Origin: Felis catus
Taxonomy: Eukaryota
NCBI RefSeq assembly: GCF_018350175.1
Contig: NC_058368.1
Coordinates: 137,704,001-137,768,000, forward strand
Length of the DNA: 64,000 nt
Reading direction: 5' to 3'
Numbering within the stretch: position 1 is the stretch's first letter; each line of letters starts with the position of its first letter. The notes under the pieces are model-generated. The model was not told the origin of the DNA. It searched no databases and worked only from the letters and a program-made list of their open reading frames with translations. Shown piece after piece: positions 1 through 11,242 of this stretch. A program made the translations under genes and the position numbers.

Positions 1-210
1 TAAATATATGTAATTTTCCTTATGTCTGAAATATTCCATAATAAAAAATGGGGAGTTGCTAAGAAAAAACTCCATAAAACTCCAAAATACATATATGAAA
101 AACAACAGGAACAAACAATTTGTAGGACAGGAAACACACACACAAAAAGATGTATAGCCCCTTTGTAAGCAAAGAAGTTGACTAAAATGAGATACCAATC
201 ACATTTATTA

Positions 211-425
211 TTATTTTTTTTTAACGTTTATTTATTTTTGAGACAGAGAGACACAGAGCATGAACAGGGGAGGGGCAAAGAGAGAGGGAGACACAGAATC
301 TGAAACAGGCTCCAGGCTCCGAGCTGTCAGCACAGAGCCTGACGCGGGGCTTGAACTCACAGACCGTGAGATCATGACCTGAGCTGAAGTCGGACGCTTA
401 ACCGACCGAGCCACCCAGGTGCCCC
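211..425 (-). mobile_element. Can-SINE (felid SINEC_Fc-like), full length
   Basis: Reverse complement of the tRNA-like head GGGGCACCTGGGTGGCTCGGTCGGTTAAG, CT-rich tract and AATAAA/A tail; perfect 17-bp TSD accaatcacatttatta at 194-210 and 426-442. Confidence 0.97.
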
Positions 426-1074
426 ACCAATCACATTTATTAAATTAAAACAATTCTGAAAAGAAACACTGTCCCACATAGTCCAAGAGTTAGTATGATG
501 TTTTAAAAATATGTATACAACATACAGAATCTTCACATTTCAGAGTGGAAGATAGTGGTCATCTAGAGCAAGAATTTCAAGCAGCATTTGAGATTTTTCA
601 TTTGTCTTTTTCTTTTCTTTACAGTTCAGACCATACTCGTCACCACTCCTGAATCTCAGGAGCAAATTTCTCCTTTAAAGAACTTCAAACTTTCCTAGAA
701 ACAAAGAAGACTCACGAAAGTAGGTAGGGACAGAGTCTGCCCTAAATGTTTCACAAAAAAAACAACTCTTAATACTTAAATGTCTCTCAAATAAAACTTT
801 TAATTCTCAAATATCCACCAAATCCTCAAATTTTTCTTAAAACATTTAAGATAATTTATAGTCCTGCAAATCAAATCCAGACTCTTGGGGAGCCCTCCTC
901 CCACCTATCTGTGTGTACACACACATACACACACACACACCAGAGTTGACTTGTGGTTTTTGTTTTCCAGGACTTGTCAGTCAAGACGGAGCTCATCTTT
1001 TGTGAAAGCATTCCTCTCCTTTACTGGGACATATTCGAACCCCCCAGCGACTGTCATCAACACTTGGCTTTTTC

Positions 1075-1132
1075 CATTTGTTTTTAAAGAGAATGGTGGG
1101 GGGCATTTGTTTTTAAAGAGAATGGTGGGGGG
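1075..1132. repeat. Perfect 29-bp tandem duplication
   Basis: catttgtttttaaagagaatggtgggggg at 1075-1103 and 1104-1132. Confidence 0.95.
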
Positions 1133-1441
1133 AATAGAGATGTTGAAGCAGTGGGAGGCATTTTTATTTTTGTTTTTGTGTTTTCACAAGGGAGCCCTAA
1201 ATATATTGAATTTCTGGTTCATCGCAGTTCTTAAAGTTGTTTCTTTGGGATTACTGTCTTCTGTGAGGTTCTTCATTCCGCCAGTCCTCCAAGGTGGTTA
1301 AAAAGAGAGACAGCAAGAAAAAGTCACACTTCCTTTAGAATCTAAATATTAGAGTTCGTGAGTAAACGGAGACAGGTTTGTGTGACAGCTCTCATCAATT
1401 AATCCCTCATAGTGATTTCAAACTAAAATAGAAGGCAAGTT

Positions 1442-1665
1442 GGGGTGCCTGGGTGGCTCAGTCGATTGAGCTTCTGACTTCAGCTCAGGTCATGGTCTTG
1501 CAGTTTGTGAGTTCGAGCCCCGTGTCGGGCTCTGTGCTAACAAAGAGCTCAGAGCCTGAAGCTTGTTTCGGATTCTGTATCTCTCTCTCCCTCCCCCTCC
1601 CCGCTCATGCTCCGCCTCTCTCTGTCTCTCAAAAATAAATAAATGTTAAAAAAAATTAAAAATAT
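1442..1665 (+). mobile_element. Can-SINE
   Basis: ggggtgcctgggtggctcag head, CT tract, A tail; 18-bp TSD taaaatagaagg(c/g)aagtt at 1424-1441 and 1666-1683. Confidence 0.96.
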
Positions 1666-1904
1666 TAAAATAGAAGGGAAGTTGGCAGTCTGCAGGTTCA
1701 AAGATGTCTAAAAGAGAATGCCCAGAGCCTATGTATTGATTGAACGGGGGGACAAGTCAGGATACCAGTGTTAGCAACACAAGAGTTAGCTCGAGCAAAG
1801 TCGAATGAAGCTGAGGCAAGTGCCCAAAGCAGGTTATTCACTTGGGCAAAACCTTTTCAGCTCAGGTAAGGGAGAGGAGGGAGGCAATGGAATAAAAGCA
1901 GCCA

Positions 1905-2070
1905 ATACTATTCTAAGCACTTCACATGGATTCATTCAGTCAGTCATCGTAAAAACCTACGATGAAGATATTACGGCTCCGGTTGTATGCACAAAGAGAC
2001 TGAGGCTCACAGATTACATAACTGGCTCAAGGCCACACAGCTAGGAAGCCAGAGAGCTGGGCTTTCACAG
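1905..2070 (-). mobile_element. MIR fragment
   Basis: gagactgaggctcacag...ctcaaggccacacagctaggaag matches the MIR core in reverse. Confidence 0.75.
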
Positions 2071-2419
2071 GACATGGTAGTTAGAAACCATGTTATTAGC
2101 TCCTATGTTACTACACACCAAATACTTGGTCAGAAGAAAGCAGATGGAAGAGGAAAAAGGAGAGTGAAGTTGAACGTTCTTGGTTAGATACTCCCAGGTG
2201 CCTTTCAGTTTAGAGAAAGGACTCAACAGTTAGGGCACTTACTCTGTGCCCTCGACTGTAAGGAGCCCTAGGGCCACACAGCTGGGTAAAGTTTGTGCTC
2301 TGCTCTCCAGGGTCTCATGCCCTGGCTAGATGCAAGGCTCAGTTGAAGTCAGAGGATCTAGTGGAGTTCTAAGCTCTGAGACCCAACTGTTAAGATATTT
2401 AGGAATATTTTTAAAATCA

Positions 2420-3030
2420 ACTTTTTATCTTAGAATACTTTTAGGTTTTTAAAAAAAGGCAAAGATAACGCAGAGTTCCCATCTACTTTGCACCCGGTTG
2501 TCCCCGTCCCTGAGGCCTCACATAACAGGATACGTTTGTTAAAATGAATGAACCAATATTGATACGTTATTAACAACTAAAGTCTATATTCAGATTTCCT
2601 TAGTCTTTACTTAATGTCCTTTTTCTATTCCGGGTGCCCATCCAGGATACCACATTACCTTTTGTCTTTTCTCTTTAGGCATCTCTCGATTGTGACAGTT
2701 TACTTGGTTTTGATGACCTTGACAATTTTGAAGAGTTCTGATCAGCTATTGTGTAGAATGTCCCTCAGCTGAGATTCATATGATATTCTTCTCATGATTA
2801 ATGTGGGGTTTTACATTTTTTGGAAGAAGGCCACGGAGTTAAAGTGCCATTTTCACCACATCATATCAAAGGTATATACAATCAAAATGGGTTACCATTG
2901 TTGGTGTTCACCTTGACCACCTCGCTGAGACAGCGTTTGTCGGATTTCCCCACTGGAGAGTTACTCTTTCTCCTCTCTTTCCATCCTTTCCTCTTTGAAA
3001 GGAGGTCATTATGCACAGTTCACGGCTAAA
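2420..3030 (-). mobile_element. Old L1 3' end (L1MC-like)
   Basis: ccatccaggataccacattac...ttttgatgaccttgacaattttgaagagttctgatcagctattgtgtagaatgtccctc resembles the L1MC 3' UTR in reverse. Confidence 0.8.
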
Positions 3031-3170
3031 GAGAATATTCAAGAATTGTATTAGCCAGTTGTCAAATCTTCAGTAGCTTGAAATCAGCCCAGATGAGAGT
3101 ACACCATGGAAATCAGCAGAACTCTTTAACTGGGGTTCTTTTTGGAGAGCTGGGTACCAGCAGACCATTG
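3030..3170 (+). mobile_element. MER63A-like hAT DNA transposon (3' part; 5' part probably about 2375-2412)
   Basis: agccagttgt...tagcttgaaatcagcc...acaccatggaaatcagca...ggagagctgggtaccagcagaccattg follows the MER63A consensus to its terminal inverted repeat. Confidence 0.7.
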
Positions 3171-4559
3171 GTTATGCGGCTTGGGCTGAGTTTTACAAGA
3201 TGGTGGATGGGCGGGTGGGAAAGTATTTGGATAAAGGGGATCACGGGGTGGCAGTGAAGATGACTCAGAGGCCGCGGGGGTGGGGGTGGTGGTTCTGTGC
3301 TTGTAAGACATGGGTTGGGATGAAAGAAGTTTGGCACAGGCATTCAGCCACCTGACAACCTGACAGAAACCATTATCCAAAGGGTTTTAATATCAACAAC
3401 ACTGGGACCCTGCTGGAACTACCTCTGTGTTTGCCTTTTCATAGTAGTAATGACTACCACTTGGTGAGTACCTCCTATGTACAAGGTGTTTTCCGGAAAC
3501 ACAACCAGCAAGCGGCAAAACTGAGATTTACACTTCCTGTGTAACTCCAAAATGTGTTTCCACCAGCCACGCTATCCTGTTTTGGTTACTGCCTCCTTTC
3601 CTGAGTATTGGTTTACTCATCAGACCCACGTCAAGGCTGTGGAATGGTGATTGATGGTGAGTTTCCCAGGAGTTGATTAGTGGTGAGAGTGTGCTGCCAT
3701 TTGCCGTTCAGGGCATTCTGTCACAGTTCATGCCCCAGGAAGTATGCGAGATCTGAGACAGGCACCCCACTATAGACTCTGGAGGTTTCATTTAGAATCA
3801 GGTAAAGTACGCTGACATTTTCCTATGTCGTCTTCCAGACGAAAGTCCGCCTTCTTAATAACTTTCTTTATTTTTCCTGTGGATGTATCATTAAGGAGGC
3901 AGAAACTAGGACACCCTTCAGCTTTGTATCTCCGCTGGATTCCGTGACTGTGGCATCTTTCTGGTTTAACTCAATGTATAACTTCATTCTTTTTGAAGGT
4001 GGTTTTTGAGAAACAGATTCATACAAACTCATCGCCAGACTCAATCGTTAGGGTTTTAGTTAACTCTACAAAACCGCATGATCTATCTATACGCATACTG
4101 AACAAATACATGTAAAAATGCAATATATTTCATTTTAAAATTCAAACATAAAAATCACTTAGAGTTAATGTAATATTTAAGGCAAATGAAATGTTACTTG
4201 GCCTGTTTCCATTTGAGTGATTCAGGGAGTTTAAAGATATTTTAGGATAAATAGTCTTAAAGACGTTTCAGAAGGTTAAAATGGGACTTGCTTGCATTAG
4301 AGGCAGTTGAATCATAAATTTCAGTTACTATTTTAAGCTAAGACCTCATTGGATTTATTAAATCTGGGTGATATTTGGGAACTGTTCTCAAATGATGGTA
4401 ATGCTATTTTTTACTTTCTTCTCACATCATTGAGGCTGTTTTTAACTGTACAACTGGAGGTGAGGCGGTACAAGAGTTACATTCAAGAAAACTTTGTTTT
4501 ATTTGGTCCATTGCCTCTCCCCACCCCCGCACCCCTTGCCTGCACTCCTAGCCCCAGCT

Positions 4560-4990
4560 GCCTCTTTTTCTCAGAGGTCTGGCCTCAGATGATTGGACCC
4601 AGGACAGACACCTGATCCAATGGGGAGTCAATTTATAAACCAGCTGAGCCAATCTCCTCCCAAGAGCATTTGCATTGGGAGGCAGAGACTGAGTCAGCTT
4701 GTTGATGGATGGTGATGGACCAAAGGTCATATGGAGTCAGAGTTGGAGTCAGTCCATATGCCAGTTGAAGTCATGAGGTGGTCAACCACAGGAAACAGAA
4801 GTTGCCCTGTGCAGAGAAGTGGGACAGCAGACAAGGCATGAGAGGAGGGAGGAGCCCCAGTATTTTATTTCCTGGGTCAGACCCCAATGCCAGATGACAT
4901 TGGTTTTGCTAGTTCTGAATGCCTGTGAGATTGCTTGTTCATTTTATTAAGCTCTTTAGGTAGGTTCCTCTCACAGCCCAACTGATTCAG
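4560..4990. mobile_element. Degenerate ERVL-class LTR (LTR16/LTR33-like)
   Basis: gacacctgatccaa...gctgagccaatc...gagactgagtcag motif string typical of old ERVL LTRs; boundaries approximate. Confidence 0.45.
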
Positions 4991-5379
4991 GTGAAGGTAA
5001 CTCCATATTCCAAACGTCAAGTCCAGGCTACAAAACAGTTCCCACCCCTTCAGCATCACACCAAATCACCCAGGCTTCAAAAGCCCAGGGGACAACACAG
5101 GGATCATGACGGGAGGTAGGCAGGACATAGGAAATGGATATATGAAGAGCTTTGCCATGTGTTATGGCTTCTAAGTGCCCAACTTCCAGTCTGACATTTC
5201 CGATAGCGTTTCCCATTAGTCTTTTTCACTTCCAACCTCTGTGGGCCAATGATCAGGGCTCAGCACCCTCAGCATGGTCACTGCTAAACCATGAGTGACA
5301 TCATTCCAACACGGCAGTCTCCTCCTCTGCTCCTGACAGGTGATGGCAGAACCTTATAGGGATGCTTGAGACAGAGGAT

Positions 5380-5780
5380 CATTTATTCAAGAAATATTTA
5401 TTGACTGCCTGCTCTGGCGAGGCCCTGTGCCAGGTTCTGGGGATACAGCCAGGAGCTGAATGGCAAATCTCTTACCTGTGTGGAATTATTTCCTGGGTGG
5501 GGGAGTGGGTGGGAAGGAGCAGGTGTGATAAAAACTAAGAGGCGCGTACACAGGGCAGTCTTAGAGAATGACTTGAGATCATAGGATTGTATGAGGAGAC
5601 TACCTAGATGGGCTGGTCAAGAAAAGAAGGCATGCACAAAGGCCCCATTGTGGGACAGAGCTTGGAGAGATCAAGGAACTAAAAGAAGGTATGTTGGTTG
5701 GGCCACAGTGAGAAACAAGTAGCACAAGTTGTGGGGAGATAGGCAGGGGCTGATATGCCATGGTGGGGAATTATATTTCC
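5380..5780 (-). mobile_element. L2 fragment (3' end)
   Basis: atttattcaagaaatatttattgactgcct...tgtgccaggttctggggatacag is the L2 3' terminus in reverse. Confidence 0.75.
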
Positions 5781-5913
5781 AAGGACCTCACATTTTGATA
5801 AATTTTTGTCCATCTGAATCAGTCAGACATTACTGCTGATACTGTCTTATGCTTATATAACTTAGGGTATCTAGCTTCAATTAAAATTTAGGACAGTATA
5901 TTCCCAGCTTTTA

Positions 5914-5935
5914 TGACTTTTTTAAGTTTACTTTT

Positions 5936-5970
<35 letters not shown>

Positions 5971-6140
5971 CGAGCATGAGCAGGGGAGGGGCAGAGAGAG
6001 AGAGGCAGACACAGAATCCCAAGCAGGCTCCACGCTGTCAGCCCAGAGCCTGATGCGGAGCTCGAACCCACGAACCACGAGATCATGACCTGAGCCGAAG
6101 TCAGACAGACGCTTAACAGACTGAACCACCCAGGCGCCCC
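5914..6140 (-). mobile_element. Can-SINE with (GA)n tract
   Basis: Ends ...ccacccaggcgcccc; TSD tcccagctttta at 5902-5913 and 6143-6154. Confidence 0.95.
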
Positions 6141-6179
6141 AATCCCAGCTTTTAAAGGCAAAGAGACAACCAGTTTTAA

Positions 6180-6942
6180 CTGATGGGTTGGATTAAAAAT
6201 GGCTGCACGGGGGAGCCTGGGTGGCGCAGTCGGTTAAGCGTCCGACTTCAGCCAGGTCACGATCTCGCAGTCCGTGAGTTCGAGCCCCGCGTCGGGCTCT
6301 GGGCTGATGGCTTGGAGCCTGGAGCCTGTTTCCGATTCTGTGTCTCCCTCTCTCTCTGCCCCTCCCCCGTTCATGCTCTGTCTCTCTCTGTCCCAAAAAT
6401 AAATAAAAACGTTGAAAAAAAAATTTTTAAAAAATAAAATGAAGGAAGAAGCAAAAGAGTATATGGAAAGTTTAAGAAAAAAAAAATGGCTGCACGTTCT
6501 TTGATAATCTCATTTCCCCTCCTTTTGTATCTGGACCGTCCTATGACACTTGGACCAACAGAATGTAGCACAGTGATGCAATGCAAATTCTCAGCTGAAC
6601 CTTGAAGAGAACCAGCCGTTTCCTCCTGGAGGCCTTTTGGAACTATCAGCTGCCACAGAAGAAGTCTAATTAGGGGCCCAGCAGGGCCCACCCTCTACTG
6701 TCCTCATCAAGGTGCCAGGCATGTGAATGAAGCCATCTTGGAGCCTCTAGGCCAGACTGACGCCCAGCTCAACACCACCTCATGACCTCAGTTAATGCCA
6801 CCTGGGGTAGAAGAATTGCCCTGCCAAGCCCAGCTTAAATTCCACATGATGTGAGATACAATAACATGGTTGTTTGTTTAGGTCGGTAGTTATTGCTCAA
6901 GTTTGGGGCTAGTCTGTTACACAGCCACATGTAGCCAGCATA
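6180..6942 (+). mobile_element. MLT1 (MaLR) solo LTR, MLT1G/H-like, interrupted by the SINE at 6210
   Basis: aaaaatggctgcac..ttctttg start, ggcatgtgaatgaagccatcttgga, gaagaattgccctgccaagcccagc, and aagtttgggg...tgttacacagc end. Confidence 0.75.
6210..6481 (+). mobile_element. Young SINEC_Fc-type SINE with extra 3' sequence before the TSD
   Basis: Near-consensus gcgcagtcggttaagcgtccgacttcagccagg; perfect 15-bp TSD aaaaatggctgcacg at 6195-6209 and 6482-6496. Confidence 0.97.
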
Positions 6943-7199
6943 GTTAGCATCTGCATTCTTAATACGAATCACCTAGTGAGTATTTATATTCAGCTTTTCA
7001 AACAACTGAAAATAGTTCATAGACCTTCCTTATCATTGGGAGCCTTAGAATGGGAACCACTGATCTGTGGTCTCCCATGCATGTCCCCTTGGTGCCATGT
7101 GATGCTAAACAGTCTCCCTCTTCTTCTGATGTGTTAGTCTCATCTGGATTACTTTTCCCCCAAGGAAAAAATATTGTTCCCAGCAGACCTCCCCATCAC

Positions 7200-7880
7200 A
7201 CATCTGGACTATTGTAACCACCCGCTAATGGTGAGGGCAGTGACCCTGGCCTATTCACTGCTGTAGATCAGCATCTAGTATCTGGCAGAAGTAGGCACTC
7301 CAATGAATTGTTGAATGAATTAATGACATTTCCACTTCAGACTTCACCTGCCTCCCATATCCCCTATTCTGCATTCTCATCTTGCATGCTTCTGTGAGGA
7401 TTACGGTTCTAAAAGAGAGATCCAGTTATATCACTGATCAAACCAAAATCCTCTGGTGACTGGTCCTGTTGACAAAAGAACAAAGCCCTCCACACAGCCT
7501 TTATGGGACATCATAACTGGATTCTAATCTGCCTCTTAGGCTCATCTCCTGAACACTAAGCTCAGCCACTCTGAAGCCCCATCTCCAGAGACACCATGCA
7601 CCCTCTCTGCTCTCATATTTTGCTCTCTCACTGGGATTGCTTGCCTGTCACCTTCTCAGTCAAGCTAGATAGTCCTCATTCTTCAAATGTCACCTCCCGT
7701 GCACGTTCCTGATGCTGCTTTCTTTAGCCAGTGAAACTGACCAGCCCCTCTGAGCTCAACATACTTTGTTCACATTGCTCCTATGGCATATGCCTGCCTC
7801 TCCCCAGAGATGGCGAACTCCCTGAGGGCAGAGGGGTCGCCTCTTATCCATCTCTGGGTCGCCAGTTCTTAACACAGAGG
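7200..7880 (+). mobile_element. L2 fragments
   Basis: catctggactattgtaac, gtaggcactccaatgaattgttgaatgaatt (L2 end), cttcaaatgtcacctcc, aactccctgagggcag. Confidence 0.6.
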
Positions 7881-7904
7881 CACGTGTAAAATTCATCAAG
7901 CTAA

Positions 7905-8120
7905 AATCTACTGAGTGCTTGCAATGTGCCAGGAATTTTACACAATTATCTCTTTAATCTTCAAAATAAACGGCAGGAAATAAGTCATATTGTGGCTCCT
8001 ACGTTAGAGTGGAGGAGACCGAAGCTTGGGGAAGTTGCATGAATCGTCCGGAGCTGCACAGGAGCAAGCTACCACATGGACCAGAGTCAAACACAGGTAA
8101 TCTGACTCCACGGCTTGTAA
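7905..8120 (-). mobile_element. MIR
   Basis: ctactgagtgcttgcaatgtgccagg...attatctctttaatctt...gaggagaccgaagct...tctgactcca. Confidence 0.7.
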
Positions 8121-8426
8121 ATTGGAGCTAAGTCAAACACTGTGCCTCAGAGTAATCCTTGACTGCTTATCAGAATCACCCAAGGAAAACACACCGATTG
8201 CTGGGCCCTGTCCCACATGTGAACCACTGGACCATTGAAGCACAGAATTTGGGCACAGGCATTATTCAAAACCCCTCAGGGTTGAGAACCCTGATGCTAA
8301 GTGTCACCTGGAGCATTTGTAAAATCTGTAGATGATCATGTCTCTTTTCCAGAAAATTCTATCTCACTAGATTAGGGTTGGAGCCCAGCAATTTGTGGTT
8401 TAAGGAGCAGTCCAGGTAAATTTCAT

Positions 8427-8627
8427 CTTTTTCTTTTTAAGAGAGTGAGCGAGCGAGCAGGGGAGAGAGGCAGTGGGAAAGAGAGAGAGAGATAAAGAGA
8501 GAGAGGGAGAGAGTCTCCATGCTCAGCATGCAGCCGGATGAAGGGCTCCATTCCACCACCCTGAAGTCAGGACCTGGGCCAAAATCAAGAGTCAGATGAT
8601 CAACCAACTGAGCCACCCACATGCCCC
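8427..8627 (-). mobile_element. Older Can-SINE inserted in a MER5A-like element
   Basis: caaccaactgagccacccacatgcccc end; imperfect TSD aggtaaatttc/aggtaattttc; flanks resemble MER5A (ggagcccagcaatttg ... aagtttgagaaatactg). Confidence 0.85.
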
Positions 8628-8722
8628 CAGGTAATTTTCGTTTCAAGGCAAGTTTGAGAAATACTGGCAGACATCAGGATTTCAAAGACATTTCAATAGG
8701 TCTTTAAATGTCAATTCATCAG

Positions 8723-9139
8723 AGTGTCTGAGTACTTCCGTCGGTTAAGGTCAGACTCGATCTCGGCTCAGGTCAGGACCTCATGGTTTGTGAGATCGAG
8801 CCCCACATGGGGCTCTCCACACTGTCAGCAGGGAGACTGCTTGGGATTCTCTCTCTCTCTTTCTGCCCCTCCCCCACGCTCACTCGCATGCTCTCTCTCT
8901 CTGTCTCTCAAGGAAAAAAAAATATCCAAGTGCCTGGGTGGCTCAGTCAGTTAAGCCTCTACCTCTTGATTTTGGCTCAGGTCATGAACTCGCAGTTGGT
9001 GGGTTCGAGACCCACCTTAGGCTCTGGGATTCTCTCTCTCTCTCTCTCCCTCTCTCTCTCTACCCCCTCCCCCGCCAGCTCTCTCTAAATAAATAAATAA
9101 ACAAACTTAAAAACAGAAAAAGAATTAAAAACAAATTTA
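8723..9139 (+). mobile_element. Two tandem older Can-SINEs (about 8723-8922 and 8928-9139)
   Basis: Two SINE bodies with CT tracts; a single TSD pair aaatgtca(a/c)ttcatcag at 8706-8722 and 9140-9156 encloses both. Confidence 0.88.
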
Positions 9140-9513
9140 AAATGTCACTTCATCAGTGATGGTATGAAGACAGAAAGATTTCTGGCTCTGTCTCACGTGG
9201 ATGAGGCTTAAAACTTTATTGGCACTGCTTCTGAGGGGAACAGGGCTGGAGTCGTTGGTTGCACTCACTAGCACACATCTCTAAAACCATCCGCTGATAG
9301 TGTCTGATACCAAAACCCAATATTTTGGCCATACTCATTTATCTTGAACGTTCTATATACTTTGGCCCAAACTGGAAGAGGCCTCATGCCTTCTTAGTAA
9401 GGGTGGAAGGGGATCAAGCAGGCCCCAGGGCAGCAGTGCTGGAGGCCAAGGACCTCCCCACCTCCACCTCCTCTTCCGGGGCCTCCTGACCACCATCTGC
9501 CAGGGCACAGCAT

Positions 9514-9532
9514 ACGCGCACTCACGCGCGTG

Positions 9533-9563
<31 letters not shown>

Positions 9564-9565
9564 AC
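9514..9565. repeat. (CA)n microsatellite preceded by alternating CG/CA
   Basis: acgcgcactcacgcgcgtgcacacacac... Confidence 0.9.
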
Positions 9566-10889
9566 GGAGTGGCAGAGCAGGTAATACGGTGAGGCTCTGG
9601 TCATGGCCTCGATTTCCCTGGACGTAGACTTATAAAGTGCCTAAGGTAAGGCAGACGTCTTGCCTGTCCCTGCCTCCAAAGAGGTCACTTGTGTTCCTCA
9701 TCATTTACCTCCTATCCTATCAAGGACTCTCTAGAGTCTTGGTCAGCGTGTTTCCGAGCTATTTCATAAGCACCATTTTGACCAACTCCATTTAATGTTT
9801 CCTGACCGTTGGATTTACTGACCTTACTCTAAATTTAGAAGGAAGTGCCTGATCTTTCACGCACGAGGCATACAGTTTCACTCGTGCAACCAAGAAACAT
9901 CTCTCCTTTGCAGCTTTCTTCTCTTTCCCCCTTCCTCACCCCAAGAAAAGTCCTGAATCTATTTGTGGACAGTGTTCCAGTTCTAGAATTTACCCTGCCA
10001 GAATAATCTTCCTAATGGGAAATCTAATGGGGCCTCCCACTGCCAGAGGAGACCACCCCATCTGCAGCTGGGGACAAGAGGCACTCCCAGCCCAGATGTC
10101 ATGAGACGCAGCAGATCAGGGCTTGATGTATATTCATTGCTTATTTAATATTCGAGCATCTTTTTCTAAAGATATTTCTATTGAACTCACTTGTGGTGTC
10201 ACCATCTGGAAAACATCAAGCCTCACCCCACTGAGGTAAACCCCTATTGCGTATTTTTTCCCTTTTATGTGAGCCCAGTGGGCATGGAGCGTGTATCTCT
10301 GTGTTTAGCAGAGTTCCTTGCCAAGGCAGCTCTCAAACATATGATATTCTCTAAATAAATCAGTGTTGTAGAGACGCATTAACAACCCCTCCTAATTGAC
10401 GCTAACAGAAAGTTTAAATTGGGCTCTAAGGAGCTCCCATGACTTCTTGATGTGAGGTCCTTTCACATTTTAAAGTGGTGGATTAGGATTTTAAGAGAGA
10501 AGAAGCTGTCCAAAAACTCATTTATTTCATGACAATCAATTTTTAAATTGGGCCAAATCTTCTTGCAAGGTCTAGAACAAGATATGTGTCTAAACCTACC
10601 AATAAAGGGTTTAGTTAACTCTCAAAGATACACAAAGATACACCAAGGGGCAAGCAGTGTGCTACAGACAACCAACGGGAATGGAAAAACCATCCCTGTC
10701 AGACAATAAGGATTGAGTAAGATGAAAATTTACATTTGGGTGGGGAAAAGAGTCTTATTTTGCTCAGCAGGTTTGCAGTCTTTGTGTTTTGAAATCAACT
10801 TAATTTTCATTGCTGGGTGTTCATAAACTTCTGGGGTGGGGAAGTGTCTCCGATATAATCCAGTCGGCCAATGAAAAGGGAGTCTTTAT

Positions 10890-11242
10890 TTTTTTTAAGT
10901 AAGCTCTAGGTCCAACATGGGGCTCGAATTCACGACCCTGTGATCACGAGTCACATGCTCCCGGGGCGCCTGGGTGGCGCAGTCGGTTAAGCGTCCGACT
11001 TCAGCCAGGTCACGATCTCATGGTCTGGGAGGTCTGGGAGTTCGAGCCCCGCATCGGGCTCTGGGCTGATGGCTCAGAGCCTGGAGCCTGTTTCCGATTC
11101 TGTGTCTCCCTCTCTCTCTGCCCCTCCCCCGTTCATGCTCTGTCTCTCTCTGTCCCAAAAATAAATAAACGTTGAAAAAAAAAATTAAAAAAAAAAAAAA
11201 AAAGAATCACATGCTCCCCTGACTGAGCCAGCCAGGCACTCC
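10890..11242 (-). mobile_element. Short SINEC_old-like element (tRNA-Lys-like), split by a younger SINE
   Basis: Rejoined reverse complement reads ggagtgcctggctggctcagtcag...gcatgtgactcgtgatcacagggtcgtgaattcgagccccatgttggacctagagcttactt followed by A tail. Confidence 0.85.
10963..11203 (+). mobile_element. Young SINEC_Fc-type SINE nested in SINEC_old
   Basis: ggggcgcctgggtggcgcagtcggttaagcgtccg; TSD ga(g/a)tcacatgctccc at 10948-10962 and 11204-11218. Confidence 0.97.

Noticed and set aside
232..414. Recurrent ORF family (..RPTSAQVMISRSVSSSPASGS..SLEPASDSVSPSL..) seen many times in the track
   Set aside because: These are translations of Can-SINE copies, not a gene family
10890..11242. tRNA-Lys-like sequence as a tRNA gene
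   Set aside because: It has an A tail and TSD, is diverged and is interrupted by another SINE, so it is a SINEC_old-type element
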